From contig NC_008698.1 of NCBI RefSeq assembly GCF_000015225.1, forward strand, positions 1,650,001-1,682,000: a stretch of DNA of 32,000 bases, given 5' to 3'. Each line of letters starts with the position of its first letter. Position 1 is the first letter of the stretch. Source of the stretch: Thermofilum pendens Hrk 5 (GTDB lineage: Archaea; Thermoproteota; Thermoprotei; Thermofilales; Thermofilaceae). A program made the translations under genes and the position numbers. Below, in pieces: positions 16,471 through 24,347 of this stretch. The notes beneath the pieces were generated by a model that searched no databases, was not told the origin of the DNA, and saw only the letters and a program-made list of their open reading frames with translations.

Positions 16471-17618
16471 TGAATACTTCCAGCATTATTTCTCCTACAG
16501 CAGGCTAGCGTATCGTAGAGTCTGGCGAACTCCCTTGCAATAATGTTGATGTCGTAGCGCTCGGCTCTCTTTCTCAGTGTTTTCTCCTCGAAGGTATAGC
16601 TGTTGAACCTGACTATAGCTCTGGCCAGCACTCTTACGTCATCCTTTGGCACAAGTATGCCTGTTGCACCGTGCTCCACGACTTCGTTGAGCGGTGGTAT
16701 GTCGTAGGCTATTACTGGTACTCCGGCGGCGAGCGCTTCTATGAGCACGATGCCGAATCCCTCGGGGTACCCGAGGTGGATCAGCGCCTGAGCTTTTGAA
16801 AGCAGACTCAGCTTTTCCTCTTCGCTTACTGATCCCAGCAACTGAACGTTCCTAACGAGTGAAAACTTTCTTATGAGCTGGGCTAGGTACGGTCGTAGAG
16901 GCCCCTCGCCCACTATGAGAAGCTTGGCGTTGGGCTCTGCCTTGGCTACCGCTTTGAAGGCTACTATCGCGTGGTCGTAGTGCTTCCTTTTCTCCAGCCT
17001 TCCCACCATGATGAAGGTGTTTTCCTCTGGATCTCTGCGTACCGAGAGGTACTTCCCAGTATCTATGCCCGGAGGGATCACAACGATGCCGCCCTTCCTC
17101 ACGGCTCTGAGCGAGGCTAGCTTTTGCCTGACGCTCTTTGAGACTGTAAGTACGACGGTGCAGGGGCTGTTGACCTCGAATACATCCTGTACCGCTACCT
17201 TGGCGAGCTTGGGTATCACCCCGGAGAATTGCGCTGTTTCTTCGAGGTGATGTATTGAACATACTTTTGGCACACTATTTACAATAAACCAGGGTATTAA
17301 GTTGGGAAAATGGTTGTTGAAGTGTAGGATTAACTCTTCCTCACCGGTGCACTTAACTATTCTTTTGAGCATTTTCGTCGATAAATTCAGAAATTTTACT
17401 GCATTCTCGGGTTGTGCTGATGGAAGATCATCCCGGTACACATTAAGATTCAAAATTCTTACATAATCTTCCTTTTGGAGGCTTTCCTCAACACGCCCCG
17501 CAATTATATCTATGCGATATTTTCCAGCTATTTTTTTCATTACTTCGTAGAGAAAACCTACACCGCCACTTTTAGTTGTTAAGTAGTCCGTTAAAAATAT
17601 TATTCTGGTTTCACGCAT
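16467..17618 (-). CDS. Family 4 (GT-B) glycosyltransferase
   Basis: Motifs are MVGRLEKRKHYDHAI, LLIVGEGPL, and YPEGFGIVLIEALAAGVPVIAYDIPPLNEVVEHGATGILV. The ATG overlaps the upstream stop by 8 nt. GC drops sharply in the 5' third of the gene. Confidence 0.9.
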   Translation of the reverse strand: MRETRIIFLTDYLTTKSGGVGFLYEVMKKIAGKYRIDIIAGRVEESLQKEDYVRILNLNVYRDDLPSAQPENAVKFLNLSTKMLKRIVKCTGEEELILHFNNHFPNLIPWFIVNSVPKVCSIHHLEETAQFSGVIPKLAKVAVQDVFEVNSPCTVVLTVSKSVRQKLASLRAVRKGGIVVIPPGIDTGKYLSVRRDPEENTFIMVGRLEKRKHYDHAIVAFKAVAKAEPNAKLLIVGEGPLRPYLAQLIRKFSLVRNVQLLGSVSEEEKLSLLSKAQALIHLGYPEGFGIVLIEALAAGVPVIAYDIPPLNEVVEHGATGILVPKDDVRVLARAIVRFNSYTFEEKTLRKRAERYDINIIAREFARLYDTLACCRRNNAGSIQ

Positions 17619-18675
17619 TTACTCTCATCGTCTGAAGCTCTCCTAAAAATCTGAGGTAATTGTTGACGAAAGTCTGAATGGTGTAGCCCGATATATTGGG
17701 CGTGCAGGTACTGGTTTCCTTGGCTACTTGTTCCGCAATTTCTCTCAGGTTTTTGGCTATGTAGCCGCAACCTGTCTCTTCTACTATTTCGACTGCAGCA
17801 TTGAGCCCTGTGTCGAGGACTATGGGTGTTGCTCCGCATAGGATTGCTTCGAGGGTTGCTATGCTGAATCCTTCGGCGTCTGAGAGGTTTAGGTAGTACT
17901 TGCTGCGCGCGAGTAGTTCGAGTTTTTCCTCTTCGCTTGCCTTCCTGTAGCTGTGCACCTCGTGGTGTAGCTTTTCGAGCTGCGCGGTTACTTCGTTGTA
18001 GAGTGGGCCGTCTCCTACTACTGCTACTCGGAGGGGCTTGTCTACCTGCCTGAGTACTTCTATTAGCCTCCACCAGCCCTTTGTGTACGTGAACCTGCCG
18101 ATCATGGTGACGTCTATGTCCCTGCTTCGCCCCCTGTACTTCGCGTAGTCGTCGGGGTTCAGACCTATGGGTACCGGTGCTACCTTCACGGTGCCCACCT
18201 CGCTTAGGATCCTGTTGGCCACGAGCTTGGAAGGTGTGATTACGAGCACGGCTTTCCTCAGTAGCCTTTTCTCCGCGATGGCGGCGAGTGTTCCCAGAGG
18301 CTTGGAGAAGTAGTGCTCCCAATATTTTCCCCAGTACTCGTGGTACGTCAGCACGAAGCTACGTGGCTTCATGAAAAGCGCGGTCGTGTACGGCACCGTG
18401 ACGTCTACCACGTCGCACTTCAGCTTTTCAACGAGCTTCGCGGTCTTCCAGCCGAACTCCAGCGCTGGGAGTAGGCGCCTCCTGCCCTTCTCGTCGTAGA
18501 GCCTAGGTGGGGGTCCCACGGTCGCTAGGGGGATTTCGCTTTCGCCGTAGTCGTACGTGACGTATACGACGTCGTGCCCTCTCTTCATAAGCTCTTTGGC
18601 GAGGATGTAGTACCTCCTCTCTGCCCCGCCGTAGGAGTGAGGCCATAAATGCGAGCAAACAAAGCAAACTTTCAT
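17611..18675 (-). CDS. Family 4 (GT-B) glycosyltransferase
   Basis: Motifs are MKVCFVCSHLWPHSYGGAERRY, MIGRFTYTKGWW, VAVVGDGPL, and SDAEGFSIATLEAILCGATPIVLDTG. Confidence 0.85.
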   Translation of the reverse strand: MKVCFVCSHLWPHSYGGAERRYYILAKELMKRGHDVVYVTYDYGESEIPLATVGPPPRLYDEKGRRRLLPALEFGWKTAKLVEKLKCDVVDVTVPYTTALFMKPRSFVLTYHEYWGKYWEHYFSKPLGTLAAIAEKRLLRKAVLVITPSKLVANRILSEVGTVKVAPVPIGLNPDDYAKYRGRSRDIDVTMIGRFTYTKGWWRLIEVLRQVDKPLRVAVVGDGPLYNEVTAQLEKLHHEVHSYRKASEEEKLELLARSKYYLNLSDAEGFSIATLEAILCGATPIVLDTGLNAAVEIVEETGCGYIAKNLREIAEQVAKETSTCTPNISGYTIQTFVNNYLRFLGELQTMRVNA

Positions 18676-18710
18676 ACGCTCTGCTAATCCTTGGCCTGGA
18701 GAGTTTTATC

Positions 18711-19499
18711 CTAGCGCAATGCTTCCCGGTTGCCGCCCAAGATCTTGGAGGCTTCGTCTAGCTCTTTGAGGGTGTTCAGCGGCAACCATGCGTGGTGGGG
18801 TACGGGGTATGCGTGTAGCCTGCGTTGCTCTGCGAGCAGGGGTAGCAACGTTGACTCGAATTCTACCGCGCTGGGCGAGTCCATGTCTACGACCTCTAGT
18901 AGTAGCTTTAGGGCTTGGGGCTCGAAGGCGTACAGCCCTATGCTCGCGTGTATCGGTAGTACCGGCTTCTCCTTGAAGCTTACAGCCATTCCCTCCGCGT
19001 CTATCTCGACCACGCCGTAGGGGAGCGCTAGCCCGAGTGTCACCGCTACGCTCGCCCACGCCCCCATCCTCCGCGCCGCCTCTACGTGGCTCGCGAGGAA
19101 CCTTAGCGGCAACGTGTCGTCTAGGTAGAGGTCGTCCGGGAAGACTACGAGCGCCCTCCTCTCCGGGTCCACGGCGCCCGTCTGCAGCGCGTGCTTCAGC
19201 GCCTTCCCTTTCCCCACTTTGGGTAGGGGTGGGTCCATCGATACCTTTACGTTTACTCCGAGCTTTTTCCCGGCTTCCCGCGCTTTCTCGGCTACGGGTT
19301 CCTGCCTTGTTAGGACTGTGAAGTCCTTGAAGCCGCACCTCGCGTAGTACTCGATGCAGTGCTCTAGGAGGGGTTTGCCGTTGAGTTCTAGGAGGGGCTT
19401 GGGCACTGGTACGAGCCCCATTCTTCTCCCTTCCCCGCCGGCCATTACTACTACCTGCGTCTCGGAGGCTTCTCTCGCTACCTGCTCGATGGCGTTCAC
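18711..19499 (-). CDS. Sugar-1-phosphate nucleotidyltransferase (NTP_transferase family)
   Basis: It has the N-terminal pyrophosphorylase loop VVVMAGGEGRRMG...PKPLLELNGKPLLEH and a central FPDDLY. The track start is a GTG and the exact start is uncertain. Sugar and nucleotide specificity cannot be determined. Confidence 0.85.
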   Translation of the reverse strand: MNAIEQVAREASETQVVVMAGGEGRRMGLVPVPKPLLELNGKPLLEHCIEYYARCGFKDFTVLTRQEPVAEKAREAGKKLGVNVKVSMDPPLPKVGKGKALKHALQTGAVDPERRALVVFPDDLYLDDTLPLRFLASHVEAARRMGAWASVAVTLGLALPYGVVEIDAEGMAVSFKEKPVLPIHASIGLYAFEPQALKLLLEVVDMDSPSAVEFESTLLPLLAEQRRLHAYPVPHHAWLPLNTLKELDEASKILGGNREALR

Positions 19500-19534
19500 G
19501 CCGTTAACCCTTGTACCTAAAGCGTATGCGGTGG

Positions 19535-20524
19535 TTATGGAAGTCGCCTAGAGTCGGCGTCTTTCTTGCTCGGTTGTTTTGTGGTGGCTTTTAGCTCGGC
19601 TTCGAGCCTTGTTAGTCGCTCTGTTATTCTGAGCTCCAGCCTTTTGAGGTAGAGGGACATTATCGCGTTGAGCAGGGCTACGAGGCCCACGCCTGTCCCC
19701 ACGATTGCTATTATGCCCCATACTTGGTGCTTGACTCCCTGTACTAGCCAGCGGTAGCCGACCCAGGCTGCCAGCACGAGTGATGGTATGAGTACGATTG
19801 AGGCTGCGGAGAAGAATAGGAATACGGGGTTGTAGCGGAGCGCGAGCCTGAACGCGTCGAGGACTATTCTCAGCCCGTGCCTCTTCCTGAGCTTGGGCTC
19901 GCCGACCCTCGGCCTGTACTCTATCGGTATCTCCCCGATTCTCCTCGTCGTGGACGCTACGTGAGCGGCTATCTCTACCTCCACGCTGAAGCCTTTGGAC
20001 TCGAACTGGACTTCCCTCGCTACCTCCGTCCTGACGAGGTACATCCCACTACACACGTCGGAGAGGTTTGTCCCGAAGAGAACGTTGAACGTCTCAGTGA
20101 TTACCCAGTTCCCGAACCTGTTGAGGAGTGGTATGTTCTCGCGCCCCCTAGTTCTTGCCCCTATGACTTCGTCTAGCCCCCTCTCCCTAGCCGTCCTCAG
20201 AAGCTCTGCGACGTGCCGCGCTGGGTACGTGTAGTCGCCGTCCATCACGACTATGTAGGGCGTTTCGACGTACCTGAGCGCGGTTCTAACGGCGTCCGCC
20301 TTGCCCCGGCCCTCCTGGAGCACGACCCTGGCCCCCTTCTCCGCGGCGACTTCCCTCGTCCTGTCCGTGCTTCCCCCGTCGACGACGAGTATGTTCGTCC
20401 ATCCCTCGCCTTTAAGCTCGTCTATCACGAGCCCTACCCCCCTCTCTTCTTTCAGCGTTGGGATGACTATCGTTACCTCGGAGGCCCAGGGGTTCGCGGG
20501 AGTGCTCGTCGCCCTAGCCTTCAC
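19535..20524 (-). CDS. GT2 polyprenyl/dolichyl-phosphate hexose synthase (Dpm1/GtrB-like) with two C-terminal TM helices
   Basis: Motifs are VTIVIPTLKEE, ILVVDGGSTDRT, and VVMDGDYTYP (DxD). The C-terminal hydrophobic pair is FLFFSAASIVLIPSLVLAAWV and VWGIIAIVGTGVGLVALLNAIM. This is the GtrB/DPM-synthase architecture. The start is a GTG. Confidence 0.85.
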   Translation of the reverse strand: MKARATSTPANPWASEVTIVIPTLKEERGVGLVIDELKGEGWTNILVVDGGSTDRTREVAAEKGARVVLQEGRGKADAVRTALRYVETPYIVVMDGDYTYPARHVAELLRTARERGLDEVIGARTRGRENIPLLNRFGNWVITETFNVLFGTNLSDVCSGMYLVRTEVAREVQFESKGFSVEVEIAAHVASTTRRIGEIPIEYRPRVGEPKLRKRHGLRIVLDAFRLALRYNPVFLFFSAASIVLIPSLVLAAWVGYRWLVQGVKHQVWGIIAIVGTGVGLVALLNAIMSLYLKRLELRITERLTRLEAELKATTKQPSKKDADSRRLP

Positions 20525-20924
20525 CCCTGTAGAATGGTGGTGTGTTTATCCAGGCTAGCCCTAGATGTAGTACTAGCTGGGGCCCCGCCTTCGAAAGCTC
20601 TTCTGCGACGGCGAGGGCCCCTATCTTCAGGGCTAGCTGTATCCTCTTGGAGAGCTGTTTTAGGCCCTCCTCGAAGGCCTTGAAGACCTTGGCCTTCTCG
20701 GGCCACACTTTCTCCAGGATCTTGAGTAGCTGTTCCTTTAGGAGGGGGCTCTTTATAGCCTTGAGCCTCCCGGCGAGCTTGAGGAGCGCTCTTTCCTCCG
20801 CGGAGAGCCTCCAGAAGGTTCCGAGCCTCAGCGCGCGCTTGTAGGCGGCGGAAACAAGCGATGGCGTCAGCGAGGGTACTGCAGGCGATGGAGGCTCTCC
20901 GCGCGCGCCCCTCAAGCGAGACAC
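20514..20924 (-). CDS. Small all-helical orphan protein (~136 aa), first gene behind a TATA-like box
   Basis: Only the C-terminal part of the 656-aa track ORF looks coding (SAAYKRALRLGTFWRLSAEERALLKLAGRLKAIKSPLLKEQLLKILEKVWPEKAKVFKAFEEGLKQLSKRIQLALKIG...WINTPPFYRGEG). The only in-frame starts are GTG 20924 and TTG 20915. TTTATTAT lies 24 nt upstream of the GTG. The stop overlaps the GT2 start by 11 nt. I recognise no family. Confidence 0.55.
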   Translation of the reverse strand: MSRLRGARGEPPSPAVPSLTPSLVSAAYKRALRLGTFWRLSAEERALLKLAGRLKAIKSPLLKEQLLKILEKVWPEKAKVFKAFEEGLKQLSKRIQLALKIGALAVAEELSKAGPQLVLHLGLAWINTPPFYRGEG

Positions 20925-20963
20925 CGCCTTTCTTAGTCGAAGAAAAAATAATAAAGCTTTTCT
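20821..20963. repeat. Direct repeat copy 1 (promoter plus first ~34 codons of the small gene)
   Basis: It aligns by eye with 28414-28557 in the same orientation, with 4 substitutions and a 1-nt indel. It ends exactly at the stop codon of the 479-aa membrane-protein gene (20963). Confidence 0.9.
20925..20962 (-). promoter_or_regulatory. TATA-like box for a leaderless transcript of the small gene and downstream operon
   Basis: The minus strand reads CTTTATTATTTTTTCTTCGACTAAGAAAGGCG-GTG. The TATA-like octamer corresponds to plus-strand 20948-20955, 24 nt from the GTG. Confidence 0.45.
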
Positions 20964-22402
20964 CAGCCTTGGTACTCGTAGACCGCTATTTCCCCGAATC
21001 TTTTCACTTCTTTGAAGCCTGGGGGTGGGTTTGGCATGTTGTACCAGCCTTTTCCCGCGACCCACCAGATCGTGTAGACCTTCGCGCCCGTGGCTGCCTC
21101 TCTGCGCGCTGCCCGCAGGATTTCTTCCGCGGTGTTGGGCCTGTACTGGTTCGGCGCTGAGAGCATGTGCTCGCCTACGCGTATTAGCTTCGAGTTTTTC
21201 GCGTATAGTGCCGCCCAGCTGTGGAAGGCTTCGTGTAGTACTAGGGTTTTGTTTCCGGGTAGTGTGTCTACCCACTTTACTGCCTGTATTGCGCTCGGGG
21301 TGTCGGATAGTGGTAGGGTGTTTTGGAGCATGGATGTCTGCATGTAGTGTTTGTAGATGTTCCAGTCTCCGAAGTACTTGTTGAACTGTTGCTCGGGGGG
21401 TAGGGCTATGTAGGTCGCGGTCATCGAGGCGTATACGGCTACGAGTGCGAGCGCGGCTTTCCTCGCGCGCCCGGGTTTTTCGAGGAGTTTTTCCAGCCCG
21501 GCGCCCGCCGCCAGGGATGCGGGGTAGTTTAGGAGTATCGCCCAGCGGAACCAGAGCACCGTTGTTCCTGTCAGGAAGGAGTACGTCATCGCGAGGCAGG
21601 TGGCTGTCCAGGCGAGCGTCCCCCTGTCTCTCAGCGTGCTTGCGCCGTAGGCTAGTAGGGGGAGGAGGGGTGCGTAGAGGTACGCTAGGAAGCCTGTCGC
21701 GTACGCTAGCATGTACGCTGGGTCTACCCCGGCGAGCCTCTCGGCGGGTACGGCCAGCGCCCCTGTCTCCGGGGTGTAGACCTGGTAGAGTAGGAGGGCG
21801 CCCGCCGGTAGCGCTGTGAAAGCCCTGAGGGCTTCCCTGGGGGTCTTCGAGGATAGGAGCCTTGCCGCCGCCACCGCGGCTAGTATCACTGTTATGAACT
21901 CGTGGGTCCAGCCTATGAGGAAGGCTAGCGCCGCCTGCGCGGCTGCGGCTGCGCGCCCGGGCTTCTTGTCGAGCTCCATGTAGGCTAGGAGCATCGCTGT
22001 TGCGAGCATTTGCCTGTGCATCTCCCAGGATATCCTGAGCCCCACGAAGTAGGTCGTTGAGATGAGGGCGGCCGCGAGGGAGGCTTTCTCGCCGAGCCCG
22101 GTTGACCTGGCGTAGCGGTAGACGGTGTAGCCTAGGAGCCCGTTGAGGATGGGTGCGAGGAGCTTGACCGCTAGGATGGGGTCTCCGAGGGCCTTGTATG
22201 CGAGCGTTACGATTAGGAAGTACAGGCTCGTCGTCTTGAAGAGCTGGGGGATGCCCATCGAGAGGAAAACCCCTTGGTAGGCGTTTACGGCGTATATGCC
22301 GACGGGGTCGAAGCCTACCGTGTAGGGCCATGAGAGGATTTCGGGGATCGTTCTTACGAGCGCCGGTATTAGTGCTGAGAGGACGGCGTTCCTCCTGCTC
22401 AT
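20963..22402 (-). CDS. Polytopic membrane protein with a C-terminal soluble domain; GT-C-like glycosyltransferase candidate, 479 aa
   Basis: About 10 or more hydrophobic segments span residues ~5-345, followed by a soluble tail of ~130 aa. It starts with ATG 3 nt after the upstream stop. It sits next to the Dol-P-hexose-synthase-like GT2. The functional call rests on architecture and context only. Confidence 0.6.
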   Translation of the reverse strand: MSRRNAVLSALIPALVRTIPEILSWPYTVGFDPVGIYAVNAYQGVFLSMGIPQLFKTTSLYFLIVTLAYKALGDPILAVKLLAPILNGLLGYTVYRYARSTGLGEKASLAAALISTTYFVGLRISWEMHRQMLATAMLLAYMELDKKPGRAAAAAQAALAFLIGWTHEFITVILAAVAAARLLSSKTPREALRAFTALPAGALLLYQVYTPETGALAVPAERLAGVDPAYMLAYATGFLAYLYAPLLPLLAYGASTLRDRGTLAWTATCLAMTYSFLTGTTVLWFRWAILLNYPASLAAGAGLEKLLEKPGRARKAALALVAVYASMTATYIALPPEQQFNKYFGDWNIYKHYMQTSMLQNTLPLSDTPSAIQAVKWVDTLPGNKTLVLHEAFHSWAALYAKNSKLIRVGEHMLSAPNQYRPNTAEEILRAARREAATGAKVYTIWWVAGKGWYNMPNPPPGFKEVKRFGEIAVYEYQG

Positions 22403-22405
22403 CGT

Positions 22406-24325
22406 CTATGCCTCTAGGTGTCTGGTGGTTGGGGGGATTTCTGGGTCTACTACTCCTTCGCCTTGCGCGGCGTTCACGGTCCATTCTCCTAGTAGTAGCT
22501 TTCCGTCGGGTGTGTAGGCTTGTAGGGTTATGTTTGCGGGGGGTATTCTCGGTAGTAGTGCGTGCCCCGTGGAGTTCGTCTTTGCGGTTGAGAGGGTTGT
22601 TCGCCCTAGCAGTGCTACTACGAGTATCCCGGTTGCGGGTTTTCCGTCGGGGGTTGTGAAGGCGACTGCTATTTTTCGGAGGTTTGCCTTGAGCGTCGCG
22701 TTGGTGTCGGAGTTTACGCTGATTTTTAGTGGCCCGGCTACTTCTAGCCCTGCGTAGATCGCGGTGAGCGTTGCTTCTCCTTCCACGTGTTTTACCTCGG
22801 CTTCTCCCTTGGCGTCGGTTTCTCCTGCTTTGAGCCCGTTTAGTAGTAGCGTTGCGCCGGGTACTGGGTCTCCGCAGGCGTCTACTACTCTTACTCTGAG
22901 GGTGTAGCCGGGGGGCTTGACTGTCACGGTGAGGGTTAGCGTCTCGTTGTGCGCTATCGTCGAGACTTTTACTGTGACGGTGTAGTTGCCGGGGGCTAGC
23001 CCTTGCCGCGCCGATACCTTTAGCCTCGCCGTTAGGTTGGCTTTCCCGGTGCTGGGCTCGACCTCAGCTGTTATCCCGGGTGGGGCTTCCGCGCTTAGGG
23101 TGATGGGTAGGGGTAGCTGGTGGGTTACGTTGAGCGTTATCGTCGCGTTTTCGCCTGGGTAGAGGGCTGGGACCGCTCCCGCCGTTACCGAGGGCTTGCT
23201 TGCTCTCTGCAGTGCGTACCTCGCGGCGCTCACTATCATGGCGTTCGTCTTGTCGGTTATCGCGTAGACGACGTTGCCGTTTTCGTCGACTCCCTCGTAG
23301 AAGCAGTTGGGCGTTTTAGCCTTCATCACGTACTCCGCTAGGAAGGCTGTGTAGTTGGTGTTCCAGATGGCGTGCATGCCTAGAGCCGCCTTGGCGTATA
23401 CTACGGGCGTCATGCTGAGCTTTCCGAGGGAGCCGCTCCACACGGTCCACGTCTCGCCCGTGTATATGTCGACTATCCACTCGTAGATGTAGTACGGGGG
23501 CGCGTTGACCTGACCCTCCGTGAACGCGGTGGGCTTACCCGTGGCGAGGTAGCGGTTTTCCTGCGCCTTGTAGACCTTGTACGCCCACTCGTAGAACTCG
23601 GGCGGGGGGTCTAGCTCGAAGATCGTGAGGAGTATCGGCTCCATCGTTACCTCCACGTAGGGTAGCCGGACCCCGTAGGCGTCGACAGTCCTCGTGTAGG
23701 GTAGCCTCCCGAGCATCGAGAGGGCCTTCATGACCTGGGGGGTGTTGAAGCCCCAGAGGTGGAAGCCGTAGGCGTAGTAGTACGAGTAGAAGCCGCTGTC
23801 CGGCACCGAGCCCGCGAAGGCCGAGAAGCCGTTCCTCTCGACGACGTAGTCCACGGTCGGCGCGAGCTCCGGGAAGCTCTTCTTCAGCCTGTAGAGGGCT
23901 ATCAGCAACCTCCCGGCGTCGCTGGGGTTCGAGGGCCCCGCATTCTCCGCCGGCATGCCCGTGTCCGAGCTGTACGCCGAGTACGGCACGCCGGAGGGGT
24001 GTAGCGGCCTCGTGGAGAGGAAGGCGAGCACTTTTTCGGCCCTGCTGATAGCCTCATCCCTGGATATCAGCCCGAGCCACGCCGCGTCGACTATCGCCGA
24101 GAGGTAGCTGCCGACGTCCCAGTCCGTCACGTAGTGCCAGGAGGGCGTCGCGTAGTTGATCCCCCTCTGGCTCAGCCCGAAGCCGGGGGAGAAGTAGCCC
24201 CACGCCGCCCTCGCTAGCTCCAGCCAGTCTACGGGCGGCTTCGCCTCGACGCTCGCCTGGCGCTGCGGGGGTACGAGCGTAGCCGCTACGAGCAGTACGA
24301 GGACCGCGAGAGCCGCTTTCTTCAC
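22406..24325 (-). CDS. Secreted protein: N-terminal helical (alpha/alpha)6-like glycoside-hydrolase-like domain plus Ig-like and CarboxypepD_reg-like beta domains, 639 aa
   Basis: It has a signal peptide (MKKAALAVLVLLVAATLVPP). The N-terminal domain (~400 aa) is aromatic-rich and helical (TDWDVGSYLSAIVDAAWLGLISRDEA, FYSYYYAYGFHLWGF), reminiscent of DUF3131/glucoamylase-like six-hairpin folds. The C-terminal segments APGNYTVTVKV and LRVRVVDACGDPVPGATLLLNG...TDAKGEAEV are typical of Ig-like and carboxypeptidase-regulatory-like domains. The GTG start is preceded by GGGTGAGGGG. Confidence 0.65.
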   Translation of the reverse strand: MKKAALAVLVLLVAATLVPPQRQASVEAKPPVDWLELARAAWGYFSPGFGLSQRGINYATPSWHYVTDWDVGSYLSAIVDAAWLGLISRDEAISRAEKVLAFLSTRPLHPSGVPYSAYSSDTGMPAENAGPSNPSDAGRLLIALYRLKKSFPELAPTVDYVVERNGFSAFAGSVPDSGFYSYYYAYGFHLWGFNTPQVMKALSMLGRLPYTRTVDAYGVRLPYVEVTMEPILLTIFELDPPPEFYEWAYKVYKAQENRYLATGKPTAFTEGQVNAPPYYIYEWIVDIYTGETWTVWSGSLGKLSMTPVVYAKAALGMHAIWNTNYTAFLAEYVMKAKTPNCFYEGVDENGNVVYAITDKTNAMIVSAARYALQRASKPSVTAGAVPALYPGENATITLNVTHQLPLPITLSAEAPPGITAEVEPSTGKANLTARLKVSARQGLAPGNYTVTVKVSTIAHNETLTLTVTVKPPGYTLRVRVVDACGDPVPGATLLLNGLKAGETDAKGEAEVKHVEGEATLTAIYAGLEVAGPLKISVNSDTNATLKANLRKIAVAFTTPDGKPATGILVVALLGRTTLSTAKTNSTGHALLPRIPPANITLQAYTPDGKLLLGEWTVNAAQGEGVVDPEIPPTTRHLEA

Positions 24326-24347
24326 GCGCCCCTCACCCGCCCCGTGC

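Noticed and set aside
17600-19338. 240-aa (17600-18322) and 210-aa (18706-19338) minus-strand ORFs rich in R/G/E
   Set aside because: They are off-frame shadows of the GT4 (17611-18675) and nucleotidyltransferase (18711-19499) genes, with low-complexity basic composition and no motifs.
20925-22484. Upstream ~520 aa of the 656-aa minus-strand track ORF (20514-22484)
   Set aside because: This part is Arg/Pro-rich off-frame sequence overlapping the convincing 479-aa membrane-protein gene (20963-22402). Only the last ~136 codons, downstream of the TATA-like box, look like real protein, and I call those separately.
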